In this document: positions 1-8,209 of the stretch, piece after piece | How the letters are laid out: each line of letters begins with the position of its first letter | Position numbering within the stretch: position 1 is the first letter of the stretch | NCBI GenBank assembly: GCA_037441385.1 | Contig: JBBISH010000101.1 | Coordinates: 1 to 24,139 of the forward strand | DNA: 24,139 bases | Source: Myxococcales bacterium | GTDB taxonomy: Bacteria; Myxococcota_A; UBA9042 | Direction: 5' to 3' | Notes under the pieces: generated by a model | Database searches by the model: none | Seen by the model: only the letters and a program-made list of their open reading frames with translations | What the model was told of the DNA's origin: nothing | Position numbers and translations under genes: made by a program

Positions 1-1
1 G

Positions 2-1210
2 GGCGAGGGCTGTATGGGCGCGGGCCACTGCCATCCGTTGGTGCCCACGATGCTCGACGACCCGCCGGGTGGTGCGTTGAATCCCAGCGTCGCCGTCAAT
101 GGCGACCTGTGGGGTATCGCCTACTCGACGCGGGCCCCCGACCCGAACTCACTGAATCTGCAGGTGCGCATCTTTGGCGAGGGCGGCGTGGCGGTCGGCG
201 AGCCTCTTTCGTTGAGCAACGACACTGCGGTCTTGCACCATGCCCCGCACTTGTTTGCCGTGGGCGAGCACGGCTGGCTGGTCAGCTGGTTGACGCAGGA
301 CTTGCTCACGGATTTCGAGACTTTGCGGGTCAAGCCCATCGCCCTGGATGGCACGGCCAGCGGGCCCGAGGTCCTGATTGCGCAGCAGGTCTATGAGTGG
401 CCCTCGAATGTGCGCGGCGCACGGTTTGCGAAACTGCCCGTGGAAGGGACCGTCGTCGCCGTGTGGGCGGGCAGCATGCAGGGCGACAAGCAAGCGGTGT
501 ATTCTCAGCCGCTCAAGCTGGACGGCACGATGCTGGCGGCGCCGATCAAGCTGTCGAAGCCCAACGACAAGGCCTACTCGGCCTCGGTCGCGCCGCTGCC
601 CGATGGCGCACTGGTTGTGTGGGCATCGTGGCTTGATTTCTACAAGCCGAATCCGATTCGCGTCATCGCCCGCAAGCTCAGGTCAGACGGTGTCCCGGCG
701 GCGCCCGAGTTTCAACTGCCGGCCTTTGGCAAGCCATACGAAGGCCAGCCGAGTGCGGTCGGATTTGCCGACGGTTCGGTCTTTGTTGCGCGGGCGCTGG
801 GCAATGTCCAGACGGTTTGGGTTCCAGTGGACTACGATGGACTCTTGCTCTCGCAGGCGGCGCCGACGGCACTCACCAAAGAATTGCCGAAATTCGGCAA
901 CGACACCAGTAGCCTAATGTTCCAAGCGCCCATGGCTGCCCACTTTCCGGGCCGGGCTGTCGTAACCTGGCACGACTACGGAACGGGCGGCTCGATCTAT
1001 CTGAAACACTACTACCGCAACAGCAACGCCATGGACTGCGACGCAACGGACGTCGCCACACCGAAGGTCCCGAACGCCTCGACCTACTACTTGGCGCCCA
1101 ATGTCGCGACCTTTGCCGACGGCCGGGTCTTGGTCGCCTGGTCCACCGAGACCAAGGACGCGACTGGGTTGCAGACCATACGCACGATAGTTCGTTTTTT
1201 GCCCCAGTAG
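2..1210 (+). CDS. Putative exported beta-rich (propeller-like) protein, probably 5'-truncated by the window edge
   Basis: Frame is open upstream of the ATG at 14 to the window edge (GEGC-MGAGHC). It has repeated short motifs such as PSVAV..GIAY, ASVAPLPDGALVVW, PSAVGFADGSVFVA and PNVATFADGRVLVAW. No family recognised with certainty. Confidence 0.7.
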   Translation, partial: GEGCMGAGHCHPLVPTMLDDPPGGALNPSVAVNGDLWGIAYSTRAPDPNSLNLQVRIFGEGGVAVGEPLSLSNDTAVLHHAPHLFAVGEHGWLVSWLTQDLLTDFETLRVKPIALDGTASGPEVLIAQQVYEWPSNVRGARFAKLPVEGTVVAVWAGSMQGDKQAVYSQPLKLDGTMLAAPIKLSKPNDKAYSASVAPLPDGALVVWASWLDFYKPNPIRVIARKLRSDGVPAAPEFQLPAFGKPYEGQPSAVGFADGSVFVARALGNVQTVWVPVDYDGLLLSQAAPTALTKELPKFGNDTSSLMFQAPMAAHFPGRAVVTWHDYGTGGSIYLKHYYRNSNAMDCDATDVATPKVPNASTYYLAPNVATFADGRVLVAWSTETKDATGLQTIRTIVRFLPQ

Positions 1211-1262
1211 CGCAGAAATGGCAGGAGCGACCAACGGGAGCCAACATCAGGAGAGACTCATC

Positions 1263-2354
1263 ATGAAAGTACTCGCAATTGCAGTAATTGCCGGTCTGGT
1301 TGGTCTGGCGGGGTGCGGAAGCAACCCTGGGGCGAGTACTTCGGACGTGGCCACGCCAGCCGCCAAGAGCGACGCAGACGGTGTCGGCGGCGATTCGGCC
1401 AACGACATGGCGGCCACGGCGACCCAAGCTGACGCCGGTCCAGTTGTGCCCGATGCGCAAGCCGTCGCCGACGTGGACGCGGCCGATGGGCCGGGAGACT
1501 TGGATGCCGATCCAATCGACGTGGCCGGTCCGGACGGCAATGGTACGGCGCCCGACGTGCCCCTGGACGCGGGTCCCAATCAGGACTGCTTGTCAGGCCA
1601 GTTCAAAGCGGGCACGACCTGCCAGGCGGCCAACTGCGAGACCGTTGGCATCTACGAGACATCGCAACTCAACGCGCTGGTGTTTGACCACCAAACCTGC
1701 ACACAGGACGCGGACTGCGCCATCGTCGACGTTTCGACCCGCTGCTACCCGAAGTGCCCATACGGGATTCAGAAGGAGTATGTAGCCGCCGCCGAGGCTT
1801 TTGCCGCCGACTTCGATGCCGCGGTCTGCATCCCCTTCGACGTCAGCGAAGTCTGCAAAACCAAGGAAATCGTTCTGAAGTGCAGCCCAGCCAGCCCTGG
1901 CTGCGTCAAGGGCTACTGCGCCGCCGACAAGCAGTACGAGAGCAACGACTGCGCGTCCCCCGCGCCCAAGGGCGCCAAGTGCTTTGGTGGCAAGTGGATC
2001 TGCGATCCAGGCCTGACCTTGCCGCCCCATGTCGTCGATTGCATCCCGGCCACCTGCGACGAAATCCAAGGTGCGCTGCAGGACGCGGTGGCCAAGGTGA
2101 TGGCGGGCCCGTCGACCGACTGCGTGCAAGACTTGGACTGCGCACCGCTTGTGCTAGGCACAGCGTGCGGGACCCTGTGCACCGCGGCGGTGAACAAGAG
2201 CGCGTCGAAGAGCGCCGGCGCGTTCGTGTCGGAGTGGGACACCTACTGCAAAGAAGTGTCGTTTCCGGCGAACTGCGTCGTGCCGCCGATCCCCACCTGC
2301 CCGGCGAAGAGCTTGGCGTGCATGGCTGGCAAGTGTGTGTTTGCGAAGCCGTGA
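1263..2354 (+). CDS. Cysteine-rich lipoprotein with two internal homologous domains
   Basis: ATG 1263 preceded by AGGAGAG. Signal peptide II MKVLAIAVIAGLVGLAG-C, acidic Asp/Ala linker, then a duplicated CxQDxDC...C...C module (CTQDADC / CVQDLDC). Confidence 0.85.
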   Translation: MKVLAIAVIAGLVGLAGCGSNPGASTSDVATPAAKSDADGVGGDSANDMAATATQADAGPVVPDAQAVADVDAADGPGDLDADPIDVAGPDGNGTAPDVPLDAGPNQDCLSGQFKAGTTCQAANCETVGIYETSQLNALVFDHQTCTQDADCAIVDVSTRCYPKCPYGIQKEYVAAAEAFAADFDAAVCIPFDVSEVCKTKEIVLKCSPASPGCVKGYCAADKQYESNDCASPAPKGAKCFGGKWICDPGLTLPPHVVDCIPATCDEIQGALQDAVAKVMAGPSTDCVQDLDCAPLVLGTACGTLCTAAVNKSASKSAGAFVSEWDTYCKEVSFPANCVVPPIPTCPAKSLACMAGKCVFAKP

Positions 2355-2461
2355 CCGGCTAGTTGCGACCGCCGCGCACCCGAAGCTGGGTTGCGGGCGC
2401 CGCTGTGGGAACTGGGCCCGGATCGCCCTGGTGTTCTTGGCGCGGATGCGGCGGACCCAGA

Positions 2462-2557
2462 GCATTTCCCTGCGCTTGACAGCCACGGATCTGGCCCCCG
2501 CGGGCGGCGCGCGGCTGCGATCATGGCAGCGAGCAGGCGCCCCTGAACGCAACCCGA
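2462..2557 (+). repeat. 96-bp degenerate direct repeat, copy A (upstream of REP array 1)
   Basis: Aligns without gaps to 2909-3004 (75/96 identical by hand count). Partial third copy at about 7287-7342. Confidence 0.8.
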
Positions 2558-2601
2558 CAGCAACAGCTCCACGCTGCCGACCTCCCCAGAATACACCAGG
2601 A

Positions 2602-2809
2602 GTAGGGGCGGGCTTCCACGCCCGCCCGGTTGGCCACGCCTGCGGGTATTGCCGGCACTTGGAGTAGGGGCGGGCTTCCACGCCCGCCCGGTTGTGCGCC
2701 GCGCAGGTTCGGGTCGTGTCCGAGTAGGGGCGGGCTTCCACGCCCGCCCGGTTGTGCGCCGCGCAGGTTCGGGTCGTGTCCGAGTGGGGGCGGGCTTCCA
2801 CGCCCGCCC
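2602..2809 (+). repeat. REP array 1: four head-to-tail GTAG-type REPs (no transposase adjacent)
   Basis: GT(A/G)G-GGGCGGGC-TTCCAC-GCCCGCCC at 2602, 2664, 2724 and 2784 (last one GTGG). Perfect 8-bp stem with 6-nt loop. Periods 62/60/60. Confidence 0.95.
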
Positions 2810-2908
2810 GGTTCCGTTCGCGTTGGGGTTGCAAGCGATCCTGGGCCAGCCGCGACCTCTGCGTTCCGATCGCGCACGCATTGCGTCGCGTCTGCTGGCG
2901 CCCCCTGC

Positions 2909-3004
2909 GCAATTCCCGCCGCATGACGACCACGGATCCGGCCCCGGCGGTCACCGCGCCGCCGCGATCCTGGCACGGAGCCCGCGTCCCTGGCCGCAAC
3001 CCGA
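2909..3004 (+). repeat. 96-bp degenerate direct repeat, copy B (downstream of REP array 1)
   Basis: Ungapped match to 2462-2557, offset 447 bp. Confidence 0.8.
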
Positions 3005-3188
3005 ACGCGCTCCGCGGGCGCTGCCGACTTCCGCAGCTTCCCCGGATCCGAACCTGACGCGCGGCGCGGGCATCTCCAACCGGGACTGCGCGCGAGCCCG
3101 GGCCGAAACCCGAACCGGCACTCCAACCCAAATGCCGACCAGCTGCCACGCCGTCCAACTGGCCCCTCGCATGACCGTGCGATTGGCA

Positions 3189-3200
3189 GATAACTTTATC
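3189..3200. promoter_or_regulatory. Possible operator palindrome GATAA-CT-TTATC
   Basis: AT-rich inverted repeat in a GC-rich background, about 50 bp upstream of ATG 3252. Confidence 0.3.
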
Positions 3201-3251
3201 GCAATATGCTGGCTCCACCACGACGCGCGGCGCCGCCGCAGGAGGTCCGGG

Positions 3252-4103
3252 ATGCAGCAACTTTGGCAAGGAACTACGGGTAGCGTTTGGCGGCTGGCCA
3301 TGCTCTTGGCGCTCGCTGCAGCGCTGCTGGGCCGGCCCGCACTGGCCGACGACGCCAGGGGCGAAAAGGAGAAATGCGAGGCCCAAATGGCCGACGAGTC
3401 TACCGCGACGATGGCGGCGCGCGAGGTCAAGGTGCCGTCCAAGTTCCTGGCGCAGGTGCAAGGCACCTTGGGCGGCTTCATGGGCGGCGGCTTTGGTGGC
3501 AGCTACCACTACGACGGGCCCGCCAAAGACCCGGCTACCTTCGGCGCGCGCTGGAATGGTTCGGTGCGCGGGGATGTCGACTTGCTGCATCCGCTGTGGC
3601 TGGGTGGCACGCTGACCTACTTTGCCGGCGACAACCGCTCGGCCGTGCAGCTCGACGCCATCGCCGGCCTGTCTTGGCGTACTTATGGCCCGCGCTGGGT
3701 CCAGGCGGGCCGGCAAGTGACGACCCTGAGCGGCGGTGGCGCCATCGTCCACGCGTGGGACTCGCACTGCCAGCTGCGCCGCGAAGAGAGCACCTTGTTT
3801 GGCGGCTTCAAGACCCAGCTTGCCGGGGGCGCGGCCAAAGGCGAGCCGGATCCGCACAACTGGTTCGCTCTGCAGGTCGGCTACTTGAGCACATTCCGGG
3901 TCAAGAAGCTGATCGCTTGGTCGGTGGCGGCCCTGTTCGACCCCTACCACGTCGCCTACGGCGGCCAATTCCACATGGGCGGCACCGGCCTCTACAGCCT
4001 GCCTGACTGGCTCTACATGGGCACCCAAGGCGGCTTGCTCGTGGGCGGTGGCGTCACCGGCGGCTGGTTCACCTTTGACTTGGGCGTAAAGCTTGAACTT
4101 TAG
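3252..4103 (+). CDS. Hypothetical exported protein, probable outer-membrane beta-barrel
   Basis: AGGAGG RBS before ATG 3252. Sec-type signal (..LALAAALLGRPALA). Gly/aromatic alternating strands, ending WFTFDLGVKLEL. Confidence 0.75.
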   Translation: MQQLWQGTTGSVWRLAMLLALAAALLGRPALADDARGEKEKCEAQMADESTATMAAREVKVPSKFLAQVQGTLGGFMGGGFGGSYHYDGPAKDPATFGARWNGSVRGDVDLLHPLWLGGTLTYFAGDNRSAVQLDAIAGLSWRTYGPRWVQAGRQVTTLSGGGAIVHAWDSHCQLRREESTLFGGFKTQLAGGAAKGEPDPHNWFALQVGYLSTFRVKKLIAWSVAALFDPYHVAYGGQFHMGGTGLYSLPDWLYMGTQGGLLVGGGVTGGWFTFDLGVKLEL

Positions 4104-4131
4104 GCCCTGCAAGGCTTTGGAGGTGACCGTG

Positions 4132-5016
4132 ATGGCAAATTCCACCCATGCGCAGCCACTGCGCTACTTGCTCGTACTCGTGACCGCCTGGCTCGCTGGC
4201 TGCGGTACCTTTGGCGTAGAGGCGCAGCCGGATTTCAAGCCGCAGATGCGCTACGGGGCCAGCCCGCAGCGGGTCAAGGTGTGGTTCGACGGCGCGGGCG
4301 GTTCGTACCTCACCGACACCGACGACAGCAAGATCAACCGGCCGTGGAAGGTCGTCGCCACCTACAAGCAATTGCCGTCGATGTTCACCTCGTTCGAGGG
4401 CGCCGCCCGCCAGCTGGGCTGCGACGCATTTTGGATCGCCTCGGACGTGACCAGTCACTACACGTACTCGGCCGAAGGCGTGGTGCAAGGCGTACCCTTC
4501 AGCCACGGCGACCAGGTGTGCATTCGCTTTGACGACGCCGCCGCCAGCGCCGCGCGCGCCGCCGAGGGCACTTGGGTCTGGACCGCCTACCAGCGCCCAG
4601 CCATGAACGCCGGCTGGAGCCTGAACGGCAACTTCCACGTGGCCGGCATCGGCAAGCGCGCCGACGGCGACATGTCGCTCGAGAAGTGGTTCCGCGCGAT
4701 CCCCTTGGGGATTGGCGTGCGCGGCATGACCCTGGGCGACGGGCAAGGCCGCCTGTGGGCCAGCGTGGGCGGGCAGGTGATGGTGCCGGCGATCACGCTA
4801 TGGAAGGCCCAGCTGGCCGGGGTAGTCAGCGTGCACAAGGCCTTTGAAGACAAGAGCAACTTGCAGACCTTGCGGGTCGGCGCGGGCGCGCTGCTCGACG
4901 TGGTGTTGGCGCGGTGGGCGATGGTGGGTGTGGGCGTGGAGCAGTGGACCAGCCTGGACACCAAGCAGGGGCCCGACGGACTGCTGACGACTTTCCGCTA
5001 CGGCCTGGCATTCTGA
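4132..5016 (+). CDS. Hypothetical lipoprotein with beta-barrel-like C-terminal region
   Basis: GGAGG RBS at 4119. Lipobox LAG-C. C-terminal amphipathic strands ending FRYGLAF. Starts 28 bp after the previous gene, so likely an operon. Confidence 0.75.
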   Translation: MANSTHAQPLRYLLVLVTAWLAGCGTFGVEAQPDFKPQMRYGASPQRVKVWFDGAGGSYLTDTDDSKINRPWKVVATYKQLPSMFTSFEGAARQLGCDAFWIASDVTSHYTYSAEGVVQGVPFSHGDQVCIRFDDAAASAARAAEGTWVWTAYQRPAMNAGWSLNGNFHVAGIGKRADGDMSLEKWFRAIPLGIGVRGMTLGDGQGRLWASVGGQVMVPAITLWKAQLAGVVSVHKAFEDKSNLQTLRVGAGALLDVVLARWAMVGVGVEQWTSLDTKQGPDGLLTTFRYGLAF

Positions 5017-5080
5017 GCGCGGCAGACAAGGGTAGAGCGCGGCAGACAAGGGTAGAGCGTGGCAGTGAAGGGTAGGGCGC
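5015..5080 (+). repeat. 20-bp tandem repeat (three copies plus a partial fourth) between convergent genes
   Basis: GAGCGCGGCAGACAAGGGTA x2 exact (5015, 5035), GAGCGTGGCAGTGAAGGGTA (5055), then GGGCGC. Confidence 0.85.
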
Positions 5081-5122
5081 CGCGGCGGCCGGGCTGGTTG
5101 GCCGGCGGCCCTTGTGCTGGCC

Positions 5123-5776
5123 CTACGCGATCCCGATGCGCTTGGCCGCGGCGATGGCGTGGGTGCGGTTGTGGACGCCCAGCTTGTCGTACAGCGAGCG
5201 CACATAGGTCCGCACGGTGTTCGCCGAGATCCCAAGCAATTGGGCGATTTGCTCGTACGAAAAGGCGCTGGCCAGCAGGCGCAGCACCTCGGTTTCGCGT
5301 TCGCTGAGCTGGGGGCCCGGCTCTGGCTCGGCCGTGCCCCTGGCCCCCAAGGTGGCGGCCACCAGGCCCCGGGCAATCGGCGCCGACAGCGCCACCCCAC
5401 CCCGGCACGCTTCGTGGATGGCACCGGGCAGGCGCGAGACCAGGTCTTCTTTCAGCAGGTAGCCGCTCGCCCCGGCGCGCAAGGCCGCCTCGACCTGCGG
5501 CCAAGCCGTGGCCACCGTCAGGACCAGCACGGGGGTTGCCGGCGCGCGCACCCGGCAGGCCGCGATGACGTCCATGCCGCTGCCATCGGGCAACCCCAGG
5601 TCCACCAGCACGATGGAAAATCGCTGGGCATCCAAGCACTCGCGGGCCTGCGACACCGTGGTGGCCACGTGCACCGCGCCCTGAGGCCGCAGGATCAAGC
5701 GAACGGCACGATGGATCAGGGGGTCGTCCTCGACCAACAGGTACGCCGCCGCGGCCGGTGGGCTACGCTGGAACAT
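5123..5776 (-). CDS. NarL/FixJ-family response regulator (REC + LuxR HTH)
   Basis: LLVEDD, VLVDLGLPD, GYLLK receiver motifs. HTH LSERETEVLRLLA...ISANTVRTYVRSLYDKLGV. ATG 5776 overlaps the end of the upstream kinase. Confidence 0.93.
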   Translation of the reverse strand: MFQRSPPAAAAYLLVEDDPLIHRAVRLILRPQGAVHVATTVSQARECLDAQRFSIVLVDLGLPDGSGMDVIAACRVRAPATPVLVLTVATAWPQVEAALRAGASGYLLKEDLVSRLPGAIHEACRGGVALSAPIARGLVAATLGARGTAEPEPGPQLSERETEVLRLLASAFSYEQIAQLLGISANTVRTYVRSLYDKLGVHNRTHAIAAAKRIGIA

Positions 5777-7046
5777 CGGCGACCTGCAGCGGAATGTGCG
5801 CACGCACCTGGCAGCCGTGCGCCGGCTGGCTCACCAGTCGAAAGTGGCCCCCCGCGGCGAGGACCCGCTGACGCATCCCGGCCAGTCCACGCCCGCCGCC
5901 CGGCGTCTCGGGGTGAAAACCGATGCCGTTGTCCACCACTTCGACGATCAGGGCAGCTCCTTGCAGCGCCACCGCCACCTTCAGCTCCGCCGACTGGCTG
6001 TGGCGCACGGCGTTGGTCACCGCCTCTTGCAGGACCCGCACCGCCGTAAGCCGCGGCAGGGCTGGCAGCATTTGCTCGGGCGGGCCGTCTAGCTCCAACT
6101 GGGCCGCCACCCCAGCGGCCGTAGCGCGGTCGGCGAGGTGGCGGGCGTGGCTCGCAACGCTGTCAAAGGTACCGCTCTCGGGCGCCAGGGCGTTCAGCAC
6201 CGTGCGCAGCTCGGTCAGGCCCTGTTGAGCCGATTCACGCAGTTGCCGGCTCACCTCGGCCAGCTCTTGGGCATTGCCGCGCTGCTCGGCCAGCAAGTCG
6301 CCGTAAAGAGCCACGATCGCCAGGTGTGAACCCACCGCGTCGTGGAGCTCGCGCGCCAGCGCCTGTCGCTCTAGCTCGTGCGCCTTGCTGCGGGCCGCCT
6401 CCAGTTCTTGGGCCTGCTGGGCGCGCAGTTGCCGCCACCGCAAGCTGGACGCCGCCGGCAGGAAGTAGGCCAGCACACCCATCCCGCCAGCGAGCGCGGC
6501 ACTCGCCACTGCGTTCTGCAGCGGCACCCCGGCGGCGACGAAGCCGGGCACGGCCAGCGCGGGCACTACCCCAAACACCACCAGTAGCCCGCGCGCCGGC
6601 TCCAACTCCTGCACCGCCCCCGAAATGCCCGCGTACATCACGTAGGCGTACCACCACGGGGTGCGCGGATCGCCGCTGTGGACGACCACCGCCAAGGTCA
6701 GCGCTAGGTTGTAGGTCAGCACAAACGGCAGGTGCAACGCGCGAACCCAGGGCCGCTGCTGCCAGTACCGCACCGCCGCGCCGGCCGCGAACACACAGGT
6801 CAGGTGCAGTGCCAAGATCATGGCCAGAAACGGCGCCGCCACGCCGGTGACCGCCGCGACCGCCGGCAGCCCCAGCACCAGGACCACGGCCACTTCGACC
6901 ACCGCGATCTTGGCCAGCAGGGGCAGTTGGTATTCCGCGCTGGCCACGGCCGGTCGCGGCCACCACACCCAGGCGCGCTCTTTCAGGTCGCGGCCTGTGG
7001 CGGCGGTTGGCGCGGACCCGGTGATACTGGCTGCTTGGCACGACAT
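5763..7046 (-). CDS. Membrane sensor histidine kinase, HisKA_3 (NarX/DesK-like)
   Basis: Several hydrophobic segments, H-box ARELHDAVG, N-box QEAVTNAVRHS, DNGIGF, GRGLAGMRQR. Start uncertain (ATG 7046 chosen). Confidence 0.9.
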   Translation of the reverse strand: MSCQAASITGSAPTAATGRDLKERAWVWWPRPAVASAEYQLPLLAKIAVVEVAVVLVLGLPAVAAVTGVAAPFLAMILALHLTCVFAAGAAVRYWQQRPWVRALHLPFVLTYNLALTLAVVVHSGDPRTPWWYAYVMYAGISGAVQELEPARGLLVVFGVVPALAVPGFVAAGVPLQNAVASAALAGGMGVLAYFLPAASSLRWRQLRAQQAQELEAARSKAHELERQALARELHDAVGSHLAIVALYGDLLAEQRGNAQELAEVSRQLRESAQQGLTELRTVLNALAPESGTFDSVASHARHLADRATAAGVAAQLELDGPPEQMLPALPRLTAVRVLQEAVTNAVRHSQSAELKVAVALQGAALIVEVVDNGIGFHPETPGGGRGLAGMRQRVLAAGGHFRLVSQPAHGCQVRAHIPLQVADVPA

Positions 7047-7391
7047 GGCAGGCCTTGGCGTAGGGAGTCGTGGCAGTGGGCGCGGCAGCCGCTGCGGAGG
7101 ATTCTGTCGCGACAAATATATCCACAAAGCCGATCAACATGCCAGAGCAAAAATGGAGATTCGCTGCCAGCGTGGCTGCGGGAACGACCGCTGCGGCCGA
7201 GACGCGGTGGGGATGCGGGTGCAGGTAGGGCAGCGGTGGCCGCATGGCAGCGGCGTTGGCGACTCGGGGGCGGAGTATGAGGCAGTCCCGCGGCCGCGAT
7301 CCTGGCAGGGAGTTCGCCTGCGCGCCCGGATCGCAGCCCAGATCGGGCCACAGGCGCGACATCCCTACCTTCCTCGCCGCCGATCCCGACG

Positions 7392-7660
7392 CGCGGGAGG
7401 CGCATCCCCACCCGCCCGGTTGTGGCGTCGTCCACGGATGACGTGCGCGGGAGTTGGGGCGGGCTTCCACGCCCGCCCGGTTGGCTGTGCCCGTGGTATC
7501 GCCCGCATCAGGGAGTAGGGGCGGGCTTCCACGCCCGCCCGGTTGTGCGCCGCGCAGGTTCGGGTCGTGTCCGAGTGGGGGCGGGCTTCCACGCCCGCCC
7601 GTTTGTGCGCCGCGCAGGTTCGGGTCGTGTCCGAGTAGGGGCGGGCTTCCACGCCCGCCC
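7392..7660 (+). repeat. REP array 2, upstream flank of RAYT: four REPs plus one decayed copy
   Basis: REPs at 7453 (GTTG), 7515 (GTAG), 7575 (GTGG) and 7635 (GTAG), periods 62/60/60. A decayed unit ending CCCGCCC-GGTTG at 7417 lies 61 bp before the end of the first intact unit. Confidence 0.95.
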
Positions 7661-7662
7661 GG

Positions 7663-7690
7663 TTGTGCGCTCCGATCGCTCCTGTACACT
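7663..7690 (+). promoter_or_regulatory. Candidate sigma70-type promoter of RAYT (TTGTGC-N16-TACACT)
   Basis: TACACT lies 12 nt before the ATG. The -35-like hexamer lies in the conserved REP 3' flank. No Shine-Dalgarno is visible. Confidence 0.3.
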
Positions 7691-7702
7691 CCGCCATCGC
7701 CC

Positions 7703-8194
7703 ATGCCGACCAACAACGCCTTCACACGCAAGCCGCTTCCGCACTTCCGCGAGCCTGCGGCCACGTACTTCGCGACCTGGCGGCTTCACCGCGATCAAGC
7801 CCCCCTGTCCGCTGCCGAGCGCGACGTCGTTGCCAACGTCCTGCGCCACTTCGACGCGGTCCGCTACACGTTGCACGCGTGGGTCGTGATGGACGACCAC
7901 CTGCATGTCGTCGTCACGCCGCTTGGCGACACCACCATCGACACCGTGGTCCACAGCTGGAAGTCGTACACGCCCCATCTGCTCCGCGGCGCGGGTGCGC
8001 GCGAGCCGCCGATCTGGCAGCGCGGCCGGGCTGACCGCGTGGTGTTTGTGGACGGCGAGCTCGCGCAGAAGGTGGCGTACGTTTGTGCCAATCCGTGGCG
8101 ACGGTGGCCCGAACTCCGCGAGTATCGCTGGGTGTGGCCGGTGCCGGAGATGCGGTATTGCCGGGTGACTTGGACACACGATAGCCAGGGATGA
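7703..8194 (+). CDS. rayT: REP-associated tyrosine transposase (RAYT / TnpA-REP, Y1 HUH family)
   Basis: 163 aa. N-terminal LPH..TYFATW, HUH motif in WVVMDDHLH, WKSYT, IWQR..DR and catalytic-Tyr region YVCANP. Flanked by inverted GTAG REPs. Confidence 0.92.
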   Translation: MPTNNAFTRKPLPHFREPAATYFATWRLHRDQAPLSAAERDVVANVLRHFDAVRYTLHAWVVMDDHLHVVVTPLGDTTIDTVVHSWKSYTPHLLRGAGAREPPIWQRGRADRVVFVDGELAQKVAYVCANPWRRWPELREYRWVWPVPEMRYCRVTWTHDSQG

Positions 8195-8209
8195 TCGAAG
8201 GAACGAACC

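Noticed and set aside
2602..2809. CRISPR array (palindromic 26-nt repeat with 34-36-nt spacers; also 7453-7660)
   Set aside because: Spacers are repeated within and between arrays, there are no cas genes in the window, and the GTAG + hairpin structure next to a RAYT identifies them as REPs.
3183..3205. Sigma54 promoter at TTGGCAGA
   Set aside because: No TTGC/GC element at the required -12 spacing.
2649..3251. N-terminal extension of the 484-aa ORF (likewise 7454-7702 for RAYT)
   Set aside because: It runs through non-coding repeats. The RBS and signal peptide point to ATG 3252, and RAYT homology begins at 7703.
2154..4145. 663-aa minus-strand ORF and other ORFs with GRAWKPAPT / RAGVEARP / SRGGLPRPPG peptide repeats
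   Set aside because: These are translations of REP arrays and the antisense of real genes. Stop-poor high-GC DNA explains their length.
7703..8194. IS200/IS605 insertion sequence
   Set aside because: No tnpB, multiple REP copies instead of single left and right end hairpins, and RAYT-type WQ and NP motifs.
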